64,000 nt of DNA, from the NCBI GenBank assembly GCA_037927135.1, contig JAXSPP010000005.1, positions 64,001 to 128,000 on the forward strand, written 5' to 3'. A program made the translations under genes and the position numbers. The notes beneath the pieces are model-generated. The model saw only the letters and a list, made by a program, of their open reading frames with translations, ran no database searches and had not been told where the DNA came from. Each line of letters opens with the position of its first letter. Positions within the stretch are counted from its first letter, which is position 1. Below, in pieces: positions 9,593 to 20,645 of the stretch. This stretch comes from Candidatus Pampinifervens sinense (GTDB taxonomy: Bacteria > Aquificota > Aquificia > Aquificales > Aquificaceae).

Positions 9593-11148
9593 ACGGTCCC
9601 TTCCCTTCTTAAGCTTTCCCTTGATATTATGTAGCTTTTTCTAAGCAGGGCTCTATTCAAAGCATCTACAAAGCCGTTTACACTTGCCCTTATTATGTCT
9701 ACATCCACACCCCTTCCGCTTGCCCTCACGCCATCTAGCTCAATAACAAGCCTTGATTCAGCTTGGGCATCTGTATTGGGTGTGAGGGCCTTTATGGAGA
9801 AGTCTAGCAGTTTGGGCTCTATTTCTAGGGCCTTCTGTATGGCCTTTATTACCGCATCCACAGGACCATTGCCTGTAGATGTGGCCGTCCTCTCTTCACC
9901 TTTAAAGCTCAAGACTACAGTGGCTGTAGGAAGGAGTTTGTCGCCAGTTTGAACTTGATAGTGTAATATCTTTATGGGTTCATCCTCTTCAGGCTTCATA
10001 AACTCTTCATAAACAAGGGCTTCAATATCTTCTTCGTATACTTCCTTTTTCTTGTCTGCCAAGGCCTTAAACCTTTCAAAGATCCTGTCAAGATCCTCTT
10101 CAGAAACCTCAAACCCTAGCTCTTTTAGCTTGCTTTTTAGCGCATGCCTACCTGAGTGCTTTCCTAGAACTATCCTGTTGGAAGGAAAGCCCACATCCTC
10201 TGGAGACATGATCTCATAGGTTAAAGGATTTGCCAAAACACCATGCTGGTGTATGCCCGACTCATGGGCAAAGGCATTGTCTCCCACCACAGCCTTATTA
10301 GGTTGTACAAAGCTTCCCGTTATCCTACACAATAGCCTACTGGTTTTGTAAATCTCCTTCGTGTTTATGTTGGTGTATAGGCCGCCAAAGAAGTCCTTCC
10401 TTACCTTAAGGGCCATAACTATCTCTTCTAAGGCTGCATTTCCTGCCCTTTCGCCTATACCGTTTATGGTGCACTCCACCTGCCTTGCACCGTGCTTTAT
10501 GGCCATAAGGGAGTTTGCCACAGCCATCCCAAGATCATCATGACAATGTACGCTTATTATGGCCTTGTCTATGTTTGGCACATTGTTCCTTATATCCTCT
10601 ATAAGCTTTGCGAACTCCTCTGGCACCGCATAACCAACCGTGTCCGGTATGTTTATCACCGTAGCTCCAGCCTTTATGGCAGTCTCTATAACCCTATAGA
10701 GGAACTCCCTTTGACTTCTGGTGGCATCCTCACAAGAAAACTCCACATCATCGGTAAACTTCCTTGCAAACTCTACAGCCTTCCTTGCCCTCTCTAGAAC
10801 CTCCTCTGGAGACATCCTTAGCTTGTACTTCATGTGTATCTCGGATGTGGCTATAAAGGTGTGTATCCTCTTTCTTTCTGCAGGCTTTAACGCTTCAGCG
10901 GCAAGCTCTATATCCTTCTCTAAGGCTCGCGCCAAGGAACATATCACTGGACCTTTCACTTCCCTTGCTATAGTCTCAATGGCTTCAAAGTCTCCCCTTG
11001 ATGCGGCTGCAAAGCCAGCTTCTATGATATCCACACCCAGCTTTGCAAGCTGATAGGCCATCTGTAGCTTTTCTTCTGTGGTCATAGAAAAGCCAGGAGC
11101 CTGTTCTCCATCCCTTAGGGTGGTATCAAAAATATAAACCCTTTCCAT
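9589..11148 (-). CDS. leuA: 2-isopropylmalate synthase
   Basis: [39 protein letters not shown] regulatory domain. Confidence 0.97.
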   Translation of the reverse strand: MERVYIFDTTLRDGEQAPGFSMTTEEKLQMAYQLAKLGVDIIEAGFAAASRGDFEAIETIAREVKGPVICSLARALEKDIELAAEALKPAERKRIHTFIATSEIHMKYKLRMSPEEVLERARKAVEFARKFTDDVEFSCEDATRSQREFLYRVIETAIKAGATVINIPDTVGYAVPEEFAKLIEDIRNNVPNIDKAIISVHCHDDLGMAVANSLMAIKHGARQVECTINGIGERAGNAALEEIVMALKVRKDFFGGLYTNINTKEIYKTSRLLCRITGSFVQPNKAVVGDNAFAHESGIHQHGVLANPLTYEIMSPEDVGFPSNRIVLGKHSGRHALKSKLKELGFEVSEEDLDRIFERFKALADKKKEVYEEDIEALVYEEFMKPEEDEPIKILHYQVQTGDKLLPTATVVLSFKGEERTATSTGNGPVDAVIKAIQKALEIEPKLLDFSIKALTPNTDAQAESRLVIELDGVRASGRGVDVDIIRASVNGFVDALNRALLRKSYIISRESLRREGTV

Positions 11149-11168
11149 AGTTTTCCTCCTGCTAATTG

Positions 11169-11197
11169 ATAATAATTCGCAATTTAATCTTTGTCAA
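11169..11197 (-). promoter_or_regulatory. sigma70 promoter of leuA
   Basis: Minus strand TTGACA (11197-11192), 17-nt spacer, TATTAT. Confidence 0.75.
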
Positions 11198-11206
11198 GGC
11201 CTTTCT
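11197..11206 (+). repeat. Left copy of 10-bp target-site duplication AGGCCTTTCT
   Basis: Identical to 12753-12762. Confidence 0.9.
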
Positions 11207-12752
11207 GAGGGTGTTCCCAAAATCCACTTTACTTACCGGTTATGTTAAAATACCAAAAGATGATAACCATAAGCGCTAAGCTTTTATTCTCAAGCTATCA
11301 AGATAAGGAAAAGGTCTTAGACCTCATGAGAATATGGTCCTCGGCTATGAGATATGCTTACAAAAGACTTCTGGAAGGCATGGAAATAAACACTTTAAGA
11401 AAGTTAATCCAAAATGTGTTTGGACTAAACTCAAGATATTCACACTCAGCCATTGTTAAAGCCCAAGCCTTGATGAAAGTAAGAGAAGAGAAAGGAGAAA
11501 GCTTAAGGAAGGTTATATTTGGTGGAAGGGATATTTTCAGAAAACTGCAAAAGAGACATATAAACGGGAAAGACTATCAAAGGTTAAAAATACAGTTCCA
11601 AGAAAAGAGAAAAGGCAATCTCTATTCCATAGGACAAAAACACTCAAAAGGAAATCAAAACACAAGTATAGAGGTAAAAGAAGATGGAGCTTATCTTAGG
11701 ATAAACACAGGAGAAAGGCAATATGTATATGCCTTGATAAGTGCGGGGGATAGGATAGAGAAGATTAAAGAGATAGCCTTTTCTGGGAAGGCTTACTCTG
11801 TAGAACTAAAGCTAAGAGATAGCAATGTGTATGCTTACTTTACCATAGAGGAAGAATATCCACAGATAGAGATTACAAAAGCATATGGAGTAATAGGTAT
11901 AGACTTAAACGCCTATCCAAACCACATAGCTTGGGCAGAGACGGATGAGTATGGAAATCTCCTAAGCTATGGTGAAATAGCTATGCCAGAACTGGGAAGT
12001 GGAAATGGCAATAAAAGAGATTATTACACATGGATATACGCACATAAGGTTATAAGCTTAGCTAAAGAAAAGGGAAAGGCTATAGTGATAGAAAAGCTAA
12101 AGCTAACCAAAAACAAAAGAGGGGACTACTCTGGGAGAAAGGTAAGGAGAATACAGCATAACTTTGCCTATAGGAAGCTATTAGAAAGGATAAAGCTACT
12201 TGCAAAAAGAAACTGTATAGAGGTGATAGAAGTAAATCCAGCCTATACATCCATCGTAGGCATGTTAAAGTATGCACCACAATACATGGTAAGTAAGGAT
12301 ATAGCTTCTGCCTATGTGATAGCAAGAAGGGGCTTAGGACTAAAGGAAAAGGTGCCAAAGAATTATATGGAGCTTATAAGAAGGCTAAGTGTAGAAGGAC
12401 TGATGGAACTGAAAGAGTATGTAAAAGAGAAAGTAAAGAATGCCTATTTAAAAGCCAAGCATATTAAAGAGATAGAAGCTTTGATAAAGGTTTTAAGCCT
12501 TGGGAGTGAGCCATGGAAGGTATCTGAGCCTCTGGAAGGAACAAGCTTAGGTATCCGATTTAATCCATGGCGAGTTCTCAAGGTAGTGGTGCTAACCGCA
12601 CTCTCTCCTGAGAGGATCCTTAGAGACCTCTCTGTCCTGAAAGGGAAACTCTTTCAGGGCTTGTGGGGAGACCCGATATGGGCGCGAGCTCCTACTGCAG
12701 GGGGTGGGGGCGTAGTCTGTGTGAAAACACAGGCTATTTTTGAAACACCCTG
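11207..12752 (+). mobile_element. Non-autonomous TIR-bounded element carrying only a TnpB-like nuclease
   Basis: Left end GAGGGTGTTCCCAAAAT vs reverse complement of right end CAGGGTGTTTCAAAAAT (14/17 match); flanked by a perfect 10-bp direct repeat AGGCCTTTCT; no transposase gene inside. Confidence 0.85.
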
Positions 12753-12753
12753 A
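11242..12753 (+). CDS. tnpB: TnpB-related (Cas12f-like) RuvC RNA-guided nuclease; true start may be ATG 11260
   Basis: N-terminal SSAMRYAYKRL helix, RuvC-I GVIGIDLNAYP, RuvC-II AIVIEKL, VNPAYTS, RuvC-III SKDIASAYVIARRGLG. No CxxC zinc ribbon. An extended -10 (TGtTAAAAT, 11243-11251) lies 8 nt before ATG 11260. Confidence 0.88.
   Translation: MLKYQKMITISAKLLFSSYQDKEKVLDLMRIWSSAMRYAYKRLLEGMEINTLRKLIQNVFGLNSRYSHSAIVKAQALMKVREEKGESLRKVIFGGRDIFRKLQKRHINGKDYQRLKIQFQEKRKGNLYSIGQKHSKGNQNTSIEVKEDGAYLRINTGERQYVYALISAGDRIEKIKEIAFSGKAYSVELKLRDSNVYAYFTIEEEYPQIEITKAYGVIGIDLNAYPNHIAWAETDEYGNLLSYGEIAMPELGSGNGNKRDYYTWIYAHKVISLAKEKGKAIVIEKLKLTKNKRGDYSGRKVRRIQHNFAYRKLLERIKLLAKRNCIEVIEVNPAYTSIVGMLKYAPQYMVSKDIASAYVIARRGLGLKEKVPKNYMELIRRLSVEGLMELKEYVKEKVKNAYLKAKHIKEIEALIKVLSLGSEPWKVSEPLEGTSLGIRFNPWRVLKVVVLTALSPERILRDLSVLKGKLFQGLWGDPIWARAPTAGGGGVVCVKTQAIFETP
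12656..12752 (+). ncRNA. Putative omegaRNA-like scaffold overlapping the tnpB 3' end and right TIR (5' boundary unknown)
   Basis: Hairpins GCTCCTACT/GGTGGGGGC (12688-12711) and TAGTCTGTGT-GAAA-ACACAGGCTA (12713-12736) rely on G-U pairs and covary with the copy at 47512-47608. Confidence 0.65.
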
Positions 12754-12762
12754 GGCCTTTCT
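12753..12762 (+). repeat. Right copy of 10-bp target-site duplication AGGCCTTTCT
   Basis: Identical to 11197-11206. Confidence 0.9.
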
Positions 12763-14071
12763 AACACTTCACCTCCAAAAGCTCACACTCCATGCTGAAG
12801 GGTTTAGAACTTACCACTTTGACTTTTACTATTTTCCCAAGCAGATCTTCGCTTCCCTTCAGGCTTGCCCACCTGTTTGTCCTTGTCCTTCCGATGAGCT
12901 TGCCCTTTTCATATCCTTCAATAAGCACCTCTTGCTCAGTCCCTTCGTAGGACTTGGCTATCTCACCAAGTATTTTCTTTTGAAGCTCTAAGAGTCTTGT
13001 CATCCTTTGAGTTTTTATCTCGTCTGGCACCTGACCCTCCATGGAGTAGGCTGGTGTGTCTGGCCTTGGAGAGAACTTAAAGGAAAAGACCTGTTCAAAC
13101 CTCACCTTTTCCAAAAGGTCCAGCGTTTCTTCAAAGTCTTCTTCTGTCTCTGTTGGAAAGCCTACTATTATGTCTGTGGAGAAGGTGATGCCCTTCACAT
13201 AATGCCTCAACATATCTATCTTCTCAAGGTATTCCTCCTTTGTATAACCCCTGTCCATAAGTTTTAATATTCTTGTGGAGCCAGATTGCACAGGAAGGTG
13301 AAGGTGTTCACATACCTGAGGTATCTCTCCCATGGCCTTTGCTATGTTTTCTGTTAGGTCCTTAGGATGTCCTGTGGTGAACCTTATCCTTTCTACTCCT
13401 GGCACCTCTGCTACCCTGTAGAGGAGTTCCTCAAAAGGTATGCCAAGGTCTTGACCCCATGCGGTTACATTCTGACCTAAAAGGTGTATCTCCTTTACGC
13501 CATCCTCCACCAAGAACTTCACTTCAGAGAGGATGCTCTCTAGGCTTCTTGATCTTTGCCTCCCTCTTGTCTTTGGCACAACGCAATAAGTACAGTTCTT
13601 ATCACAACCCTTCATAACGGTCACATAGGCACAAAACTGGTTATCTCTTACTGTAGGATACTCCCATAGCTTGTCTTCATCCTCCGGTGGGCTTTCCAAT
13701 ATGGCTATGGCCTTGTAGCCCGCTTGGGCCTGGTGGATAAGCTCTGGAAGCTGGTGCATGTTAAAGCTGGAGAACATTATATCTACCATAGGAGCCTTTT
13801 CCAGAAGCTTTTCTCCCATCCTTTGGGCAAGACAACCGCACACACCTATGAGGGCTTTAGGATTCTTCTCCTTTATCTTCTTGTATTCTCCCAAATGGGA
13901 ATAGACCTTTTGATCTGGCTTTTCCCTAATGGTGCATGTGTTTATAAGGATAATGTCCGCCTCTTCCCAGCTTTTGGCAGGCTCATAGCCCATGCTTTGT
14001 AGTATGCCCCTAAGCCTTTCCGAATCGTTAAAGTTCATCTGACATCCAAAAGTTTTTATATAGTACTTCAT
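12761..14071 (-). CDS. miaB: tRNA-2-methylthio-N6-dimethylallyladenosine synthase
   Basis: TFGCQMN..DSE, NTCTIRE, GCDKNCTYCVVP radical-SAM motif, C-terminal TRAM domain; start at ATG 14071. Confidence 0.97.
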   Translation of the reverse strand: MKYYIKTFGCQMNFNDSERLRGILQSMGYEPAKSWEEADIILINTCTIREKPDQKVYSHLGEYKKIKEKNPKALIGVCGCLAQRMGEKLLEKAPMVDIMFSSFNMHQLPELIHQAQAGYKAIAILESPPEDEDKLWEYPTVRDNQFCAYVTVMKGCDKNCTYCVVPKTRGRQRSRSLESILSEVKFLVEDGVKEIHLLGQNVTAWGQDLGIPFEELLYRVAEVPGVERIRFTTGHPKDLTENIAKAMGEIPQVCEHLHLPVQSGSTRILKLMDRGYTKEEYLEKIDMLRHYVKGITFSTDIIVGFPTETEEDFEETLDLLEKVRFEQVFSFKFSPRPDTPAYSMEGQVPDEIKTQRMTRLLELQKKILGEIAKSYEGTEQEVLIEGYEKGKLIGRTRTNRWASLKGSEDLLGKIVKVKVVSSKPFSMECELLEVKC

Positions 14072-14089
14072 AGTGATAAAATTTAACAC

Positions 14090-16215
<2,126 letters not shown>

Positions 16216-16247
16216 TATAATATCTAATTTTTTGAAGGAGGTCTAAA

Positions 16248-16451
16248 ATGGCGAAGTGTTATGTTTGTGGAAAGACTACAAAGTTTGGAAAGAGTGTGAC
16301 CTTCTCTGGAGAGAGGAACCCAAGGAAGTTTAAGCCAAACCTGCAAAAGGTCAGAGTGGTCCTTGAGGATGGAAGGGTAAAGAGGGTCTATGTATGCACC
16401 AAGTGTCTTAAGGCTGGTAAGGTGGTAAAGGCGGTAAGCATAAGGCAATAA
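16248..16451 (+). CDS. rpmB: 50S ribosomal protein L28 (Zn-binding type)
   Basis: CYVCGK...RKFKPNLQ...[16 protein letters not shown]. Confidence 0.95.
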   Translation: MAKCYVCGKTTKFGKSVTFSGERNPRKFKPNLQKVRVVLEDGRVKRVYVCTKCLKAGKVVKAVSIRQ

Positions 16452-17614
16452 TGCCAATAAGGTTTTTAACCGCTGGAGAGTCTCATGGAAAGGCACTCCT
16501 CTGCATTTTAGAGGGTATACCAGCCAACCTTGACCTTTCCTCTGAGTATATAAACAAAGAGCTTCAAAGAAGGCAAAGGGGCTATGGAAGAGGGGGGAGG
16601 ATGAAGATAGAAAGCGACAGAGTAGAATTCCTCTCTGGCCTGCGCTTTGGGAAGACCATTGGAAGCCCTATAGCCATGGTCATCTGGAACAAGGATTGGG
16701 AAAACTGGTCTGAAAAGATGGCCTATGAGGGTGAGGTGCCAGAGAGTGTTGTGCCTTTTAGCAGGCCAAGGCCAGGCCATGCAGACCTTGCAGGTGGAAT
16801 AAAATACAATCAGAGGGATCTTAGAAACATACTTGAAAGAGCTTCTGCAAGGGAAACGGCCGCAAGGGTAGCGGTGGGGGCTGTATGTAAAAGATTTCTT
16901 GAAGAGTTTGGCATAAGGATAGGAAGCTATGTGATAAGCATAGGGCCTTTGAGGCCTAAGATAGAGGAGGAGGACCTATTAAAGAGGCACGAGCTGGCTG
17001 AAAATTCGCAAGTGAGGTTTCCAGACCCTTCAAAGGATGAGGAGTTTATAAAGCTTATAGATGAGGCGAGGGAAAAGGGGGAGAGTTTGGGTGGTGTTTT
17101 TGAGGTCTTTGCCATAGGTGTGCCGCCTGGCCTTGGAAGTCATATCCAATGGGACAAGCGGATAGACGGTAGGATAGCCCAAGCCATGATGAGCATACAA
17201 GCCATAAAGGGTGTGGAGATAGGCTTGGGCTTTGAAAGCGCCAGAAGGTTTGGATCTGAAGTGCATGATGAGATAGGCTGGTCCGAAGAGAAGGGATATT
17301 TTAGATACAGCAACAACCTTGGTGGAACGGAGGGTGGCATTACCAACGGCATGCCCATATTGGTAAGGTGTGCTATGAAGCCCATACCAACCCTTACCAA
17401 GCCCTTGAGAAGCGTGGATATAAATACAAAGGAAAGTGTAAAGGCTGGCAAAGAGAGGAGCGATGTGGTAGCTGTTTCGGCAGCCTCTGTGGTAGGCGAG
17501 GCCATGCTGGCCATAGTGCTTGCAGATGCCCTCCTTGAAAAGCTCGGCGGAGACTATATGGAAGAGGTAAAGGAGAGGTTCAAGAGGTATATGGAGCATG
17601 TTAAAGCTTTTTGA
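16451..17614 (+). CDS. aroC: Chorismate synthase
   Basis: [39 protein letters not shown]. Confidence 0.98.
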   Translation: MPIRFLTAGESHGKALLCILEGIPANLDLSSEYINKELQRRQRGYGRGGRMKIESDRVEFLSGLRFGKTIGSPIAMVIWNKDWENWSEKMAYEGEVPESVVPFSRPRPGHADLAGGIKYNQRDLRNILERASARETAARVAVGAVCKRFLEEFGIRIGSYVISIGPLRPKIEEEDLLKRHELAENSQVRFPDPSKDEEFIKLIDEAREKGESLGGVFEVFAIGVPPGLGSHIQWDKRIDGRIAQAMMSIQAIKGVEIGLGFESARRFGSEVHDEIGWSEEKGYFRYSNNLGGTEGGITNGMPILVRCAMKPIPTLTKPLRSVDINTKESVKAGKERSDVVAVSAASVVGEAMLAIVLADALLEKLGGDYMEEVKERFKRYMEHVKAF

Positions 17615-18335
17615 AGAGGTAGGGAAGGCCACCCTTTTGACCCTTTGGGGACTCATTTACATGTTTAAAAAGCCACCAAAAGCAAAGCATTTTATAAAAC
17701 AGCTTTCTTACCTTGCCTCAGAGACCATTCCTGTGGTAGTGATTACCTCCTTTTTTTCCGGCGGTGTTATAGCTCTTCAAACCTATAGCACTTTTCACAG
17801 GTTCAATGCGGAGTTTTTAATAGGTGCAGTAGTAGCCCTTTCTATGGGTAGAGAGCTTGCACCCGTCTTGACCTCTCTTATGGTGGTGGCAAGAGTAGGC
17901 TCTGCCATGACAGCCAGCATAGGCACTATGAGGATAACAGAACAGATAGATGCCCTGGAAGTTATGGGTATAAACCCAAGGAGCTACCTTGTATCACCAA
18001 GGCTTTTTGCCGGCATAGTAGGTGTCCCCATGCTTACAGTGATATCCAACCTTTCTGGCATTTTGGGTGGCTGGTTTGTTGCTGTAAAACTCTTTGGAGT
18101 AAATGAGCACCTCTTCTGGGAAAAGATGAGGGACCTTGTGGAGCTCTACGACTTTATAGGCGGTCTTTATAAGGCTGTATTTTTTGGCTTTATCATCTCC
18201 TCTGTTAGCTGTTATTTTGGCTTTTATACGCAAGGTGGCACAGAGGGGGTGGGAAGGGCAACCACCAACAGCGTGGTGACATCTTCCATGCTTATTTTGA
18301 TTTCTGACTACTTTTTGACAGCGATAATATTTTGA
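17598..18335 (+). CDS. mlaE: MlaE-family ABC transporter permease
   Basis: [33 protein letters not shown]. Confidence 0.92.
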   Translation: MLKLFEEVGKATLLTLWGLIYMFKKPPKAKHFIKQLSYLASETIPVVVITSFFSGGVIALQTYSTFHRFNAEFLIGAVVALSMGRELAPVLTSLMVVARVGSAMTASIGTMRITEQIDALEVMGINPRSYLVSPRLFAGIVGVPMLTVISNLSGILGGWFVAVKLFGVNEHLFWEKMRDLVELYDFIGGLYKAVFFGFIISSVSCYFGFYTQGGTEGVGRATTNSVVTSSMLILISDYFLTAIIF

Positions 18336-18356
18336 AGTGCTAAAATTTTATAAGCT

Positions 18357-18854
18357 ATGAAAAAGCTGGAAAAGAAGGATGGAAGCACTGAAAGGTTTAA
18401 AAAGGCTCTTTTTAAGACCTTACCCAAACTGCTTGAAAAGGATGAGAGCTTTAGAGCCCAATTTATAACTTACTTTGCAGAGAAGGAAAAAACAGAAGAT
18501 AGGTTTAATATACTCCTTGAGGAGATAAGAATATTAAGGGAGGAAGGGGAAAGAAGATGGCAGGAGGCCATAAGAAGGCTTGATGAGCAAGAAGGAAGGC
18601 TTGAGGAACATTCAAAGAAACTTGAGATTTTCACACAAGATGTGCATATAGGCGCTTTGGGAGCAGCATGGAGCTTGAAAACGGAAAGGTCCTTCAGAAA
18701 TGCGGTAAAAGGTCTTATGGAGGAATACCTTCCTGTTAAAGTGGAAAGGTATGAGGCTATAGATTATGAGGGAGAGTTTTTTGATGGAAGGCCAGGAATT
18801 GTAGTGTATACAGATGTGCCCATATGGGAGGAAGAATTTAATGAAGGTTTATAG
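18357..18854 (+). pseudogene. Probably internally deleted DUF3782 / coiled-coil PD-(D/E)XK nuclease-like gene
   Basis: Coiled coil, then IGALGA.W....E..FRNA and D.EG..F.GRP, then jumps to a C-terminal-like IVVYTD without a recognisable nuclease core. Confidence 0.5.
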
Positions 18855-19269
18855 GCTATGGCTGTTATCTCTATTTTTTACAGCTGGATGCCAATTCTTG
18901 CCATGGAACAATCCTTGCTCTTCTGATCATGCTTTAAAAGAGGTAAAAAAAGGATTGGCTATACAGATATATTTAGAAAACAATCCAGAAAAGGTACTTA
19001 CCCATTTCTTTATATCCATGCTTTCGGTCTTTAGCGGACAGAATAATATAGAAAAAGCCTTTGAAGGTGAAATAGAACCAATAGTTAAAAAGCTTGAGTT
19101 AAAAGATGTGAGTAAGCCTACAAAGAAGTCAGAAAAAGAGTATATGTGTAGTGCAGTCTTTGAGTATGAAGGACAAAAAAGAGTGGTAGAGTATGCAGTA
19201 AAGGAAATTCATTCTGGAAAAGAAAAGCTTTATAAGGTGGAGATAATTGATACTAACAAGGTGGAGTGA
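18841..19269 (+). CDS. Hypothetical lipoprotein
   Basis: MKVYRLWLLSLFFTAGC lipobox; start at ATG 18841. Confidence 0.7.
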   Translation: MKVYRLWLLSLFFTAGCQFLPWNNPCSSDHALKEVKKGLAIQIYLENNPEKVLTHFFISMLSVFSGQNNIEKAFEGEIEPIVKKLELKDVSKPTKKSEKEYMCSAVFEYEGQKRVVEYAVKEIHSGKEKLYKVEIIDTNKVE

Positions 19270-20087
19270 TGAATAAGATTGAACTTTGGAAAAACTTAGT
19301 AGAGGCAAGGCTTAGAGAACTTCTAAAACCCTTTGAACCACAGATACTATATGAGGCTATGTCCTATTATCTTTTTCAAGAAGGCAAGCGCATAAGGCCA
19401 CTCTTTTTGTGCACCGTTTGTAATGCCCTTGGTGGTCCCATAGAGGATGCTGTTACTGTGAGTTGTGCGGTTGAGATGGTGCATAACTATTCTCTCATCC
19501 ACGATGACCTTCCTGCCCTTGATAACGATAGCTTCAGAAGGGGAAAACCCTCCTGTCATGTGGTCTTCGGTGAAGATTTGGCCATACTGGCCGGAGATGC
19601 CCTCCTTACCTATGCCTTTGAGGTTTTATCAAGTAAAGAAAACTTTAGGTATTTGGAAGATACTCAACTTCTTTCTTTGATAGGCCTTTTGGCAAAAAAG
19701 GCTGGCTTTCTAGGTATGGTGGGGGGCCAAGTTTTGGACATCAGAAAACTCTCAGACCAAAAAGAGATAAGCCTCAAAAAGACTGCTGAACTTTTTTCTT
19801 TTTGCTTTGTTGCCGGTGGGATAGTGGCAAAAAGGTATGACCTTTTGATGGATCTTGAGGACTTAGGCCTTAAGGTAGGCCTCCTTTTCCAAATGGTGGA
19901 TGACTACAAAGACAAGGATGGCTTTTATCTATCTTTGGGTGAAAGGCTCTTAGAAAGGATTGAAGATCTTAGAGAGGAGTGTGAGTCAAAGGCTAAAGAT
20001 ATTGGAGTTTTTGTAGAGGAGTTTGAGAGGTTGCTTGAGCTGGTCGTTGGCGGAGGGGGAGGGATTCGAACCCCCGGTGGGCTGTGA
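19266..20087 (+). CDS. ispA: Polyprenyl (geranyl/farnesyl) diphosphate synthase
   Basis: GKRIRP, SLIHDDLPALD..RRGKP, GMVGGQ.LD, KT, FQMVDD. Confidence 0.9.
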   Translation: MMNKIELWKNLVEARLRELLKPFEPQILYEAMSYYLFQEGKRIRPLFLCTVCNALGGPIEDAVTVSCAVEMVHNYSLIHDDLPALDNDSFRRGKPSCHVVFGEDLAILAGDALLTYAFEVLSSKENFRYLEDTQLLSLIGLLAKKAGFLGMVGGQVLDIRKLSDQKEISLKKTAELFSFCFVAGGIVAKRYDLLMDLEDLGLKVGLLFQMVDDYKDKDGFYLSLGERLLERIEDLREECESKAKDIGVFVEEFERLLELVVGGGGGIRTPGGL

Positions 20088-20138
20088 ACCCACAGGTGAT
20101 TTCAAATCACCCGCCTTCGGCCGCTCGGCCACCCCTCC
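20048..20138 (-). tRNA. tRNA-Ser(TGA)
   Basis: Minus strand GGAGGGGTGGCCGAGCGG...GGTGA-TT-TGA-AA-TCACC, long variable arm, GGTTCGAATCC, GCCA end. Confidence 0.96.
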
Positions 20139-20164
20139 TACCAACACAATATTATTATAGCTTT

Positions 20165-20641
20165 TTATAACTTTATTTTGCCTTCCTTCAACTCTCTTCT
20201 TAGCTGTCTTTCCAAATCTCTTTGCTTTAGCTCCTCCCTTCTATCGTAGGCCTTCTTTCCTCTTGCCAGTGCTATCTCTACCTTAGCCTTTCCATTTTTG
20301 AAGTAAATCCTCAGAGGTATGATAGTATAACCCTTCTCCTTTACCTTTCCCATAAGCCTCAAAATTTCCCTCTTGTGAAGAAGGAGCTTCCTTGTCCTCA
20401 ATGGATCCGGTGGTCTTATAGTGGCGTATTTATAAGGAGCTATGTAGAGGTTATAGAGCCAAGCTTCACCATCCTCAATCCTTACAAAGCTGTCTTTGAA
20501 GGATACAGTTTGCTTGTTCCTTAGGGCCTTTACCTCAGGCCCTTCAAGGACTATACCAGCTTCATAAGTCTCTATAATCTCATAATCCGCCTTCGCTTCT
20601 TTATTATAAGCTACCGTGAGCTCTCCAAGTTGCTTTGCCAT
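20165..20641 (-). CDS. smpB: SsrA-binding protein
   Basis: YEAGIVL.G.EVKALR, RKLLLHKREI, GKK.YDRRE. Confidence 0.97.
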   Translation of the reverse strand: MAKQLGELTVAYNKEAKADYEIIETYEAGIVLEGPEVKALRNKQTVSFKDSFVRIEDGEAWLYNLYIAPYKYATIRPPDPLRTRKLLLHKREILRLMGKVKEKGYTIIPLRIYFKNGKAKVEIALARGKKAYDRREELKQRDLERQLRRELKEGKIKL

Positions 20642-20645
20642 TCTA

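Noticed and set aside
11150-12800. CRISPR array, cas genes or an IS200/IS607 tnpA next to the TnpB-like gene
   Set aside because: No repeat-spacer array was seen anywhere in the window, and the element is bounded directly by leuA and miaB with no room for another gene.
20095-20111. Possible tRNA-Sec (the + strand shows GGTGA-TT-TCA-AA-TCACC, and selD is nearby)
   Set aside because: D-loop, T-loop and CCA are on the minus strand, where the anticodon is TGA with a normal 7-bp acceptor stem, so this is tRNA-Ser.
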